DNA of 64,000 nucleotides from Ascoidea asiatica JCM 7603. Lineage: Eukaryota > Fungi > Ascomycota. Made by a program: the position numbers and the translations under genes. The DNA is taken from the NCBI GenBank assembly GCA_001600695.1, contig BCKQ01000002.1, positions 2,222,271 through 2,286,270 on the forward strand, given 5' to 3'. Shown in pieces: positions 11,990 to 23,937 of the stretch. The notes under the pieces were generated by a model. That model worked only from the letters and a program-made list of their open reading frames with translations. It did no database searches and was not told where the DNA came from. Positions within the stretch are counted from its first letter, which is position 1; the number at the start of each line of letters is the position of its first letter.

Positions 11990-12280
11990 TGATAGCATCA
12001 AAGATAATTTATGAAAACATTTGATAACCGATAAATGAAGTAACAGGTATGATTCTTTGTTGACTGATTAAATCGGTTTGTATCTTGACTGCTTTTCCTT
12101 TTTCTTTTGATACTCTTACAATTTGGGTTTGGGCTTTTTTTTACTACTTCCTTTCACTTATCAAATATTGTTTTTATATCAATCAGTGCTAAACATTTAG
12201 AAAAAATTGTCTCAATAATGATAAGAAAGATAACTGATTACAAGATCAAAGTGACTCCATGATTACAAAACATATAAAGC
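11990..12280 (+). promoter_or_regulatory. GATAA(G) cluster and TATA box of the OPT gene
   Basis: GATAA at 12003, 12023, 12030, 12220 (GATAAG) and 12229; CTTATC at 12157; TATAAA near 12273. Confidence 0.55.
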
Positions 12281-12395
12281 CATCAAAATTTCCTCTAAAG
12301 TTTATTCAGTTATAAATTATTTATTCTCTTAATTAAATTATTCATCTCGATCAGGTTCCATATAATATTTTAAGCTTTTTAAGATAATTACCAAA

Positions 12396-14789
12396 ATGGG
12401 GATCTTTAATCGTAAATCCAAATCAACTCCTTCTACTGATGATATAATTGTTCAAAATGATTCAAGCAGCTTAGATAATAATTCAGATGCTAAAATAATT
12501 GAAAAAACAGATATTCAATCCAAAGAAGTTCTCACTGATCCAGAAAGTTATCCAATTGATGCTTCTAATGAAAATGTATTCACAAAATATCCTCCAGATG
12601 TAATCTTAGATGAATCTGCTGATGAATCACCTTTGCCAGAAGTTAGAGGTATTGTTAAATCAACTGATGATTATGAATTACCTGTTAATACTTTTAGAGC
12701 TTGGTTCTTAGGTATTATTTTTACTATTGTTGGAAGTGGTGTTAATCAATTCTTTTCTATGCGTTATCCAAGTGTTACAATTTCTTCTGCTGTCGCTCAA
12801 TTAGTTTCATATCCAATTGGTCAAGGTTTAGCAATGATTTTACCAATTTATACAATTAATTTAGGTAAATTAGGTAAATTTTGTATAAATCCAGATAGAA
12901 AATTTAATGTTAAGGAACATACTTTAATCACTGTAATGGCTAATATTTCTTTTACTGCTGCCTGGGCAACCGATGTTATTCAAGCTCAAGTTGCATTTTA
13001 TGATCGTCCTGCAAAAACTGGCTATCAAATTTTAATGGTTTTAACATGTCAATTATTTGGTCTTGGTGTTGCTGGTTTATGTGATAATTTTTTGGTTAAA
13101 CCTTCTGGAATGTATTGGCCTGCTACTTTATCAAATGTTGCTTTATTTACTTCAATTCATTCAAGAGAAAACTCAATTGCAAATGGTTGGAAAATTACTA
13201 GAATAAAATTTTTTTTAATTGTATTTTGTTGTTCATTTTGTTATTATTGGTTACCAGGTTTATGTTTTACTGCTTTATCTTATTTCACATGGATCTGTTG
13301 GGCTGCTCCAAATAATATTGTTGTTAATCAATTATTTGGTCAAATTCAAGGTCTTGGTTATTTCCCATTAACTTTTGATTGGGCTCAAATTGCTTATAAT
13401 GGTTCTCCATTACTTTCTCCATTACACGCTCAATATAATACTTTATTTGGTTGGTTTATGTTTTTTGGTATTTTACCTCCAATTTTATATTACACAAACA
13501 CCTTTTATTCATCTTATTTACCAATCAGTTCGTCAACTGTTTATGATAATACAGGTGCAGAATATAATGGTACTAGAATTATTGATTCAAGTGGTTCTTT
13601 CAGTCAAGAAGCTTATAATGACTATTCACCACCTTTTTTACCTGTTACATATGCAATTGCTTACGGTACTTCATTTGCTGTTTTAACTGCAGGTCCTGTT
13701 TACGTTTATTTAAATCATGGAAAACAAATCTGGCAAGTAATTAGAGGTTCCAAAAGTTCTGATGGTGCTGTTAAACATGATATTCATGTAAGACTTATGG
13801 ATAGATATCCCTCAGTTCCTAAATGGTGGTATGGATTATTATGTATAATTGTTTTTGCTGTCACTTGTGTTATTATGGAAGTATATCATGTTGGATGGCC
13901 AATTTGGGGTATAGTTGTAGCTTTTTTAATGGTTTGTGTTTTTATTCTACCAATTGGAATGGTTTATGCTGCAACAAATATTAATACAAATAATATGACT
14001 GTTTTAGGTCAAATTATTTCTGGTTATTTATTGCCAGGTTTACCGATTGTTGCACTTACTTTTAAATTTTACGCCTATACTGGAATTGCACAAGCTTTAG
14101 CATTTTCATCTGATATGAAATTAGCTTATTATATGAAGGTTCCTAAAAGAACCATATTCTGGGCTCAATTAATTTCTTGTATTATTGGTGCATTTGTTCA
14201 AGTTGGTATTAATATTTTTATGTTAAATAATGTTGATGGTATTTGTACTACAGATCAATCTGATGGTTTTACTTGTCCTCAAGGTAAAACAAATTTTGCA
14301 GCTTCTGTTATTTGGGGTGCTGTTGGTCCTGGAAGATTGTATAGTATTGGAAAAATTTATTCTGGATTATTACATTTATTTTGGATTGGTGCCCTTATTC
14401 CTGTTGTTACTTACTTTCTTCAAAAGAAATTTCCAACAAATAAAATTTTAAAGAATTTAAATTGGGTTGTTGTATTTGGTGCTATGGGTAATTATCCACC
14501 AGCAACAGGTATTAATTATACTAGTGCTATTGCAGTTGCTATTTTCTTTAATCATTTTATAAGAAAGAGATATGGTCAATGGTGGACAAAATATTTATTT
14601 GTTCTTAGTTGTGCTTTAGACGTTGGTGTTGCTCTTGCTGGAATAATAATCTTCTTTGCTGTTAGTTATCCAGGATATAGTGTTTCTTGGTGGGGAACTG
14701 AAGTAATGAATAACAATGCTGATGGTCAATCAACTCCTTATAATGCAATGCCAGAAAAAGGATACTTTGGACCTGATAGTTGGAGTTGA
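12396..14789 (+). CDS. OPT-family oligopeptide transporter
   Basis: SPLPEVR (SPYxEVR variant), NTFRAW, FNVKEH, DMKLAYYMKVPKR, SVIWGAVGP motifs; many TM segments. Confidence 0.96.
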   Translation: MGIFNRKSKSTPSTDDIIVQNDSSSLDNNSDAKIIEKTDIQSKEVLTDPESYPIDASNENVFTKYPPDVILDESADESPLPEVRGIVKSTDDYELPVNTFRAWFLGIIFTIVGSGVNQFFSMRYPSVTISSAVAQLVSYPIGQGLAMILPIYTINLGKLGKFCINPDRKFNVKEHTLITVMANISFTAAWATDVIQAQVAFYDRPAKTGYQILMVLTCQLFGLGVAGLCDNFLVKPSGMYWPATLSNVALFTSIHSRENSIANGWKITRIKFFLIVFCCSFCYYWLPGLCFTALSYFTWICWAAPNNIVVNQLFGQIQGLGYFPLTFDWAQIAYNGSPLLSPLHAQYNTLFGWFMFFGILPPILYYTNTFYSSYLPISSSTVYDNTGAEYNGTRIIDSSGSFSQEAYNDYSPPFLPVTYAIAYGTSFAVLTAGPVYVYLNHGKQIWQVIRGSKSSDGAVKHDIHVRLMDRYPSVPKWWYGLLCIIVFAVTCVIMEVYHVGWPIWGIVVAFLMVCVFILPIGMVYAATNINTNNMTVLGQIISGYLLPGLPIVALTFKFYAYTGIAQALAFSSDMKLAYYMKVPKRTIFWAQLISCIIGAFVQVGINIFMLNNVDGICTTDQSDGFTCPQGKTNFAASVIWGAVGPGRLYSIGKIYSGLLHLFWIGALIPVVTYFLQKKFPTNKILKNLNWVVVFGAMGNYPPATGINYTSAIAVAIFFNHFIRKRYGQWWTKYLFVLSCALDVGVALAGIIIFFAVSYPGYSVSWWGTEVMNNNADGQSTPYNAMPEKGYFGPDSWS

Positions 14790-15182
14790 TCGAATTTTTT
14801 TTTTGTTCTTGGTTAACTTGATTTTTCTTTTTTCTTACATTTACAAACGCTTTCTTAAATACTTTTAGTAATAGTACTTTAATCTTGCTAGACTTTAAAA
14901 TGTTTTTTTTTTCTCAGAATTTTTTCTTTTTATTTATTTATTTTCATTAGATATTCTCTTCTCAATTGTTTCTTTTCTTTTTTGCTTGTTTATGTTTCCT
15001 AAACACAATTTTCAAACTTTCGAAAATTAACTTTAGGTAAATTTTTTATTACTTATAAATAAATATTATTTATTTAAAATTTAGAATTTGTGTAATACTA
15101 AGTAGAAAAGCAAAAAAAAGTGCAAAAAAATAAAAATTAAATTTTGAAGAGGCTATATAATCTAATTACTTATACAGTCTAT

Positions 15183-16616
15183 TCAATCTTGACTTAGAAT
15201 TTCATTCAAAGCATCTCTTTTTAAAACATTTTCAAATTTAAAAGATGCCGCCATTTCATCTAATTCCTCGAATGATAGGTCTTTGAAATAACTTGCAAAT
15301 TCATAAGTAAGATATTGACTTAATAACATATCTCTTAAAACTCTATCGACATAATCACCAATTCTCCAAGTTTTTGGGTATAAAATAGTCTGAAGATCTT
15401 TTGGAATTTCTTCTTTAAAATGATCTTTGATTGAATCATATAATTTTTCAACTACAGGATCAGTATCTCTACCCCATCTATCAAGACCAAGTCTTTTCTT
15501 TTTTGCAAACCATTTATTCAAAACTTCAAAATATTTAGATTTTGGATCAACAAAAGTTAAAGCTTGATAACCAATATCTTTATATAACCAAATTGACCAA
15601 CCAATTGGAGTACCATTACCATTTGGATTACCTTTTTTATAAATTTTTAATTGTTCTTTTAAACCATGAAATCTTGATTTATTAACTTCTTCAGGATTTA
15701 AATCACCTCTGACAGTACTTGCATAAACAGGACCAAATTCACCATTCCAAACAGGAACATTTAATTCTTTCATATATTCAACTTTTCTATTATATTGTTT
15801 TAATAATATATCAATTTCAGGTTGAGTACCTTTAAATTCACCATTTTTTTGAGTAAAAGCAGGAAAACCATACATTGCATAATCATGAATAGAATAAACT
15901 GAATTTGGAAATGGAGTTTTTGGAAATTTAGTAAAATCCATTGCATAAGTATTTGCATCAAGGAAAAAAAGATGATTTTTATCAACTTTTTGAATTTCTT
16001 TAATAACTTTTGAATAAAAATTAACTAATCTATAATGTTTTGAATCAGCAGGTTCATTTAAAAGATTATAACCAGCTATAAATTCATTATCTTTATAGTA
16101 TTCAGCAATTTTAACCCATAAATTAATTATTGAATCTTGAAATACATTAAATTTCCAAAATAAAGCTTTATGTAAACCAGAATCTGAATGCCAATCTTGA
16201 TTTTGGCCACCTGGAACAGCATGTAAATCTAAAACTACATATATTTTATATTTTGCACAAATATTTATAACATAATCTAATAATTTAAAACCATTTGGAT
16301 TAATTTTAAATAAATCTTCATCATCAAGAAAATGTCTATAATTGAATGGAAATCTTAAACAATTGAAATTTAAACTTTTAAAAAATTTAGCATCATTATC
16401 CATCCAAAAATATTTATAAAATTTATCAAAGAAAAAATCAAATTTTTCTCTACCCATTGTTTTTAAAAGTGCTTCTTTCATTTCATGTTCTTGACCTGGA
16501 TAACCAGTGATGAAATTTTCCATATTTAATTGACCACCAATGGCAGCACCTTTTAAAATAACTGGTTTTTCATTTTCATCGACAATATCAGTGGCTTTAA
16601 CTTTTAAGAAACCCAT
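15183..16616 (-). CDS. Intracellular GH5 glycoside hydrolase (GH5_22-like, putative beta-xylosidase/beta-glycosidase)
   Basis: LNMENFITGYPG, DLHAVPGGQNQDWHSD, acid/base NEP, nucleophile WNGEFG. No signal peptide. Confidence 0.88.
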   Translation of the reverse strand: MGFLKVKATDIVDENEKPVILKGAAIGGQLNMENFITGYPGQEHEMKEALLKTMGREKFDFFFDKFYKYFWMDNDAKFFKSLNFNCLRFPFNYRHFLDDEDLFKINPNGFKLLDYVINICAKYKIYVVLDLHAVPGGQNQDWHSDSGLHKALFWKFNVFQDSIINLWVKIAEYYKDNEFIAGYNLLNEPADSKHYRLVNFYSKVIKEIQKVDKNHLFFLDANTYAMDFTKFPKTPFPNSVYSIHDYAMYGFPAFTQKNGEFKGTQPEIDILLKQYNRKVEYMKELNVPVWNGEFGPVYASTVRGDLNPEEVNKSRFHGLKEQLKIYKKGNPNGNGTPIGWSIWLYKDIGYQALTFVDPKSKYFEVLNKWFAKKKRLGLDRWGRDTDPVVEKLYDSIKDHFKEEIPKDLQTILYPKTWRIGDYVDRVLRDMLLSQYLTYEFASYFKDLSFEELDEMAASFKFENVLKRDALNEILSQD

Positions 16617-16937
16617 TTTTTTTAAAATTTTTTAGTTTAATTTTGTAAATAATTTTAAATTCAATAAAAAAAGTAAGAATAAGAATTTAAAGAAAAAATA
16701 AGATATAAGAATCAAATTGAAGTTACTATTATTGATTGAATGATGAATATTTGTTTTTGATTTTTTTTAAGATATCGAATAAACAAAATTCAATGATTTA
16801 AAATCAAATAATTTGAGCATTTTATATAATGTAAAAAAGAAAATACTTTTACAATCAAACCAATTTTTATGAATATTAATTTCGATTGACGTGAATTGAA
16901 AGCTATTTATTCTCTTATTTATCCAACAGGGGAGTTC

Positions 16938-17285
16938 CGGCTAAAAGCAAGAATAAAAAGAATAGGCAACTAGCTCAACAGGTTAACAAAAGAGGTCTAT
17001 TGATAATGATTCAACCTTTTTATTTACTTTAGAATAGGATCTTTCTCCAAAAAGAAAATAAAGGGAGATAATTTGGTAAAATAGAAATAGTGACTTGAAA
17101 AACTGGGGTAATTTAGAAGAGTAACAGCCGTTTGGCAGCGACGAAATCCTCTTCCTCAAAAGGGTTTACGCCGAATCGGGACACGGCTAAATAAAAAAAC
17201 GAAGCCGGAAACAGATAAAACAAAAACGGAAAAGCAAGGAAGCGGATAAATTATTATATAATACGGCCGTGCAAACGGATAGCGG
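16938..17285. promoter_or_regulatory. GH5 upstream region: CGGNTAAA repeats and a Mig1/CreA-type site
   Basis: CGGCTAAA at 16938 and 17184, CGGATAAA at 17243, AAAAACTGGGG at 17098-17108. Confidence 0.5.
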
Positions 17286-18509
17286 TTTTTTTTAATTTTG
17301 TGGCGTGTTGAGGCTTTTTTTTTTTTTTATTGTTTTAGGGCTCTGTTTTTCTGAGTCATAAGCAAATAAATTAAGTTAAACTAAATTTAATTGACTAAAT
17401 TAAAAAGATGAATAAAACTAAATTGAGTTAATTCTAGGAGTTTATGATCTAGCTCATTAACCAGTCTGAAAATATTATTAAGTTGAATTTAGATTAATGA
17501 ACTTCAATATGATTCAGTCAGATTTAAGACCAAGACGAGGATCAGGATCAAGATCAGGATAAGTTGTTATCAGGATTCATTTCATTCAAGCTTTTATTGA
17601 AACCATTTGATTATAAGATGTATTAGTATTGATTACTATGATTCTTTGATTATTTTTCAATGATTAATTTTATATTATTAAGCTTGACCCAAAAAAAAAG
17701 TTCAATTATAGAAAAGAAGTTTAATGGCAATAGCATAAAAACATATTATTGTTGTATAGAGAAACAGTATTGGAATACATTATTAATTAATGAATGATTC
17801 AGTTAATATCATCTTATGTTTTTTTCATATATTTGACATGGAGTAAAATCACTCAATCCATAAACTAATGAATCAATTAATCAATCAGTTAATCTGTAAA
17901 TCTACAAGTCAAAATTATAGCTTTAAATTTTCTAGATGTTTTCTTTGTCACATTAATAATATTATTTTTGCTCTGAAAAAATATTTCATTACTCTTATTT
18001 GGCTTCATGAACCTTACTGATATAAAAGCTCAGTGTTTAAAGTATACTCAATTAAGTTATACAGTATGTTTTATGTTTTATGTTTTGGAGTTTATGGGCT
18101 AAACTTTAATTAGAAAATAATTTCAAATTTAAAAGCACTGTTTAGTAAATAAAATTTTTTTTTTTCAATTTGAGAAACTTTCTCTTTATTATCCTAAGGA
18201 TTCGTAACCTTACCCAATAAAAAAAAAATTATGTCTACAGAGTTTGAGGCTTTGAAAAAACAAAAAGTCAACAATTATGATCTAATTTTGTTACAAATAA
18301 TTATTTGGTCTTAGATTTTTGATAATTTTTCATTTTTTAATTTCATCTTGTAATTTTATTGAATAGCAATACTAATTATTCTACGTAACGTAAAACTTTT
18401 ACTCCAAAATAAAATTATTTATTAGCTTTAGCTTATAATCAAGTTAAATATCATTTACTTATATAGTAAATAGTAAATCAATTGATTTGCTACAACTTTT
18501 GTTTTAACC

Positions 18510-18540
<31 letters not shown>

Positions 18541-19924
18541 CATTATTGATTTAAACAAAAAGTCAGCTGAGAAGAAGTAAAACTGGTAAAATGAATAACG
18601 TTAGAATTTTGCATAGAGTATATTATATAATTAAACTTAAGTAAATACAGTAACCACTTACATCTTTGAAGGAATATTAATATTCTGATAAGAATTTAAT
18701 TACCAATGAAAAAATCTCAGATTGAGTAAACTGTTAAAGATTTAATCCTAATTTCAAAGTCCTTGTTGAATGATTGGTGAAACTGTTACTACTCAGACTA
18801 GGACTAGTACAACTGCATTGTAATTGATTACTGTAAAGTATTTGATTGAATCAAAATGATAGAATATGATGATGTAAAGTAAAACCCAGGTTAGCATTCA
18901 TCATAAACAAGCAAATAACATTAAATTATTCATTGTATTCATTGTATTCATTATATTTCAAAAATATAATAAATATTATTAAAAGCTTTAAAATTAGAAG
19001 TTTACTAAAAATCATAGGGCATCTAAATCAAATAAAGTTGTCATAGACCAATAAAATTTTTTTGATAGCTGAAAATTTTTCATTAAATATTCATAAATAA
19101 TTTATTTTGACTAAAAAAAAAAAAATTCAAAATCAAAATTACGAATTTCAATTCATTTGGTTAACTGATTTAATAATAAACTTTTATAACTACCTAATTT
19201 TTAGGTTAAATTTTCAAAATCATGTTTCAGAAAATTTAATCATTAAAAACTTTTGTGGAGTAACCTTCTCATACGCGATACTTTAAATGCATTTTTTTTA
19301 ATGCTCTTTCTTTTTCAAAAGTCTGTTCATTATACAAAAATAACAAAAAAATAAATTTGAAAGGTAATTTGTAAGCATTTTTTAGAGCATTTAATTTTAT
19401 AATAGTAATAAAATAAAAATTTTATTGAAAAAATTTAACTACACTGACTACATTACCTAATTTTTTTATTTTCTACAAGATCCAGGTCAAAATTTTAAAA
19501 TAAAGAAAATACATTTATTGACGAAATTACACGAAGATAATAAAAAATAAGGATATGCATATAGTTTTTTTTTTGAGAAAAAAAATTTGTTATAGATATA
19601 ATTCTCTTTTCAGATAGATGAAATACTAAATAAATAGTTAAGTACGAATCTAAATAAAAATAGGAGTAAAAAGAAAAAGGAGTAAAAAAAAGATATAATG
19701 ACATTGAACGTAAATAGAAAATAGGTGTGAAAATACTCTGAAATGAAATGGAACCGAAAATTAAAAAATTGAAATTGAAATTGAAAATACTATTTGTCAG
19801 TAAATGAATATTTAGAGAGAAGAAAAATCCATTTTAAAAAAGGAAAAGAAAAAATTAAGAAGTGAAGAGGCATTAGAATTTTAATAATATAAAGATTATC
19901 TCTTTTTTGTGAAGTATTAGCTCA

Positions 19925-21064
19925 TTATTGATATGTTTGACGAGAATTTTGCTTCCTATTACTTTGATTCATATTAGTTCTTGAACCATATTGGTTTTGA
20001 TTTAAGGAATATATGGCTTTTTTTGAGAAATTCTCTGTTTGTCTGATATCATTGATTTTTATTTCATCTTCATCTTCATCATCTTCTTCTTCTCCATCAT
20101 TATTATTACTATTTTTCCTATTTTTTCTATTTTTTTTACTTTTATCGGTAGTAGTTTTATTGTTATTTTGTTTTAAAACATTACCAAAAGATTTAGATCT
20201 ATTTCTATTATAAAATGAAAGATTAGAATTTAGCTCATTTTGATTATGAATTTGAGGCTGAGTTTGACCTTGGCTTTTTCTTCTTTGTTGGGATATTGAA
20301 CTATTACTGCCATATTTACTATTATAATTACTAGCAGTATTATTATTGCTATTATTATTATTATTATTATTATTATACCTATTACTATATTTACTATTAT
20401 AATCACCACTTTGATAATGTCTGTTAGTATTGTTGATGTTATTGAAATTATTGAAATTATTGAAATTATTGAAATTATTTGAACTCAAATTTAAAGAACT
20501 TAAAGCCAATGGATCATCTGAACCTTCAATTGAATATTTTTGAGCAACTTTAAGAAATTCATTCATATTATTTTTTTGATTTGGTACTTTAGTTGTAGGA
20601 AAGTTTGAAAATGTATATCCATTTGATGGAGTAACTTGATTAATTTGACTAGTTGAATTATTAATATTTCCAAATTGATTAATTGTTTGATTTGAGCTTT
20701 GATTTAAATTTTGATTCAAATTTTGATTCAAATTTTGATTTGAAAATTGATTTGGTAAAGGTAATGAACGTTCAGATCCATCAATTGGAAATATAATAAG
20801 TTTATTCATATCAGTACGATTATTTTTTTCTCTTCTGATAATATTTTTTTTATCAACGGATATTACAGGAACTAAAGGGTTATCAGCTAAATGAGTTGGA
20901 ATTATACCTTCACCAAATCCATTTTTAACTTTTTTAAAATTTATTGTTGGATCAGAAGGAGAAACATCAGTTCTAACATGTTTAAAAAAAATACTTGGAT
21001 CAGGTTTTGGTTGATGTAATTGTCTTTGTCTGGCATTTATTCTAAGTCCTCCATTTGAACTCAT
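19925..21064 (-). CDS. Hypothetical Asn-rich protein
   Basis: 379-aa ORF with a complex ~105-aa N-terminus, then N/Q/S-rich and acidic low-complexity sequence. No family recognised. Confidence 0.8.
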   Translation of the reverse strand: MSSNGGLRINARQRQLHQPKPDPSIFFKHVRTDVSPSDPTINFKKVKNGFGEGIIPTHLADNPLVPVISVDKKNIIRREKNNRTDMNKLIIFPIDGSERSLPLPNQFSNQNLNQNLNQNLNQSSNQTINQFGNINNSTSQINQVTPSNGYTFSNFPTTKVPNQKNNMNEFLKVAQKYSIEGSDDPLALSSLNLSSNNFNNFNNFNNFNNINNTNRHYQSGDYNSKYSNRYNNNNNNNNSNNNTASNYNSKYGSNSSISQQRRKSQGQTQPQIHNQNELNSNLSFYNRNRSKSFGNVLKQNNNKTTTDKSKKNRKNRKNSNNNDGEEEDDEDEDEIKINDIRQTENFSKKAIYSLNQNQYGSRTNMNQSNRKQNSRQTYQ

Positions 21065-23850
21065 TGCGAATACAGGTTATTAAAATTATTATCTCTTTAT
21101 TATTATAACTATGATTAGTAGCAATCTAAAGATAAAGACGAGTTATTGAAGAAAGAGAAAATTTGTTGAGTATAGTTGTTATATTCTTTGAAAAAGTCTT
21201 TATTGATAAGCTTCATATATTTTAACTTTGTTGATTTATGATCAGAAGTATCTTTTAGTTGAATAGTTGATTGAATGATGATTAGATAATAATTGAGGAT
21301 TTATATAATTTTTTATATATAAATTTTTATTTATTTATTTTTAATTATTGATTTAGAAATTTTAAAAAATAAAAATATAATTGAAAGTGACTAATTTGTA
21401 GGAAAAGTAGATATATTTATAGAAATGTGGGAGTGAGTATGAGAAATGAGTAATAGTTAAAGGATATTATAATAGAAATAATAATAAAAATACTGTAATA
21501 GTGCTTTTCTGTTAAGAAAATAGTGAAGTTATATTCAGCTTAATACTGTAAGAAGTGTAGCTTTTCGGTTTGTTTCTCTTCTGGCTGCTCGGTGTCTGAG
21601 CTTGCGGGAGTCTTGGGTCAGCCCAACATTAGGCCACTCTTGGGCTACAGTGCCACTGCAGCGCCAACTGGCACTGCGGTCGCAATAAGCTTTATCCCCT
21701 TAGAGAATTTCACTCTTTCAGCAGGTTAAACTTGGAACATTATAACCTTATAGCAATGTGACCCAAAACCTTATTTACATTGTGGTTAATACTTTATCTT
21801 TTTTTATGTAACCTTATAACCTTACATTTTGTGTGAGGTTCTTGTCCGTATTACACAGGTGCATGTTTGTTCTGTTTCTACTTTTAGACTGCAATCGTTC
21901 TAAATAAATACTCAGACTAAGAGTAATTTAGATCACCTTGAAGAAATGTGTCTCTGATTTTGAAAATTACTTATCCTCGCCGAAAAAAGAGTCTTGGAAA
22001 AATGAAAAATATAGCGAGGTCTGTTGTTTTATAACAATAAAATTAATACTGATACCAAAATTCATAATACCCTTTTGTTATTATACCATATTTCATGATT
22101 TTACTGTTTCAGATAAATGACACAGGTATAAAACAGGTTACAGTGGTTTCCCGCGGCGTTATACAGCGTTTCCACTTTCTAAACCAAGAGCCAAATTTGA
22201 CACCGTAAACGGGTATACAAATGCCAACCTTACTTACAGACATATACTGTACTGCAGTGTTTATAAATGTAGAGTTGAGTTAACCGATGTTTGGCTACTT
22301 TTTTTGATCCGCGGACACTCTTGCTTTCTGGATTAATTACGGATGGTGTGAGTTCTTAAGGTCTGTGTAAAATGGATTCTCGTTTGGTCTGTGTTGTGAA
22401 GTTTGGTAATTAAAGCTGTATGGTGACCTCATCTGGACGCAAAATACAACTATGCAGATCACATGCACCTGCCTAAGTAAAGTTTATAATTACTACTCAG
22501 AACAAATAAATTCAGAATCAGGAGTCGCTGCCGCTTTTTGCGCCTTTCCAGCAGACAAGACCTTACTTCCCGCTTTTTTTAGCAGGAAAATACAGCGTTT
22601 TTACGGAACAAAATCACGTTTGCAATTTTCCTAGCACATCAGCGCACGTGCCCAGCTCAGTGGTTTTTCAAATATTTGAGCCTGAAACGCAGTCTCAATT
22701 AAGTTATTTTAGTGGGTTCCGAGAAGAAGTCATGTGGTTTTTATAATGTACGTGACTTTTGTGACTTCTGTGACTTCCGGGATGACTCAAGCCCAACTTG
22801 AATAATGATTAAATATCGAATTTGAATAAATTGGAGTCGATAAATTGAAATAATTTGAATCATTTCTGAATTAAATTGAGAAAGATTTTGATAATTGTTG
22901 ATTATTGATTAAATTTTTTTTTTATTATTCAACAGTGATTGTTATAAGATTAGATATTATCACTTCTTGTAATCAATAGCGAGCGTAGTCACTCTCCCAA
23001 CAACCTCAAAGTTAGAGATAAAATGATATAAAGAATCTAAGAAACTTTGCTTTTCCCTCACAATTCCTTCTCAACAGAAAGTAGTATAATTAAGTTATAT
23101 AAATTATTTCTATTAAACACCTCTTGAGAATCCTTTGATTAAAAAAGTTCATTATTCGGTTCAAGTTATCGATTTCGGAAAATTAGTAAATATTCATTGA
23201 AATTTAATTTATTTATTTATTTATTTATTTATTTATTTTATACTTGTGGTAATAATTACCGTTACTAAAATTTTGTTCGTTTTAATCAATTAATTAATTT
23301 AGATTCTGCCTGTCAATAATTTTTAAAATAATATTATTAGAGAAAGTTATTAGCTTACTGATTTACCACTAAATACTATTTCTGAGTAGTAATCTATAAT
23401 ACAATATATTTTATTTAGATCCGAGAACTAATTAAGAACCAGCTAATTCTAACCTAGTAATTTGAATAGTTTTGAGAAGTTATAATTTCTTACTAAATTG
23501 AATATTAAATTCGTAATTTCACTAGTTCAATACTTTAATTTTTAAATTCTCATATGAAAATATATTGTAAACAATCAACCAGCTTAATCAAATAAAATAA
23601 AAAAAAAAATGAAAAGAAAAGAAAAACCTCACTAGGTTTTGAGTATTAAATGATAAATATTAAAAATCGATTATAAAGAAATATGAATATTGTCATTTTA
23701 TTAAATTATTGATTAGAATTTGAAATATATTCAGTATTAATATCACTTTATTCATATTCTGTTTCTTAATTATAACTTATCTTATCTTTCGATTGAAAAA
23801 ATTTACATTTTAGCCGAATATTTAAGTTGAATATTTGATTTAAATCTTCT

Positions 23851-23937
23851 ATTTGAATATCCCATTTGAATATTTCATTTGAGCATTTTACTTGAATAAT
23901 TTACTTGAATAATTTACTTGAATATTTCAACTTGAGT
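23851..23937. repeat. 13-bp degenerate tandem repeat, about 6.5 copies
   Basis: atttgaatatccc atttgaatatttc atttgagcatttt acttgaataattt acttgaataattt acttgaatatttc, then a partial unit. Confidence 0.8.
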
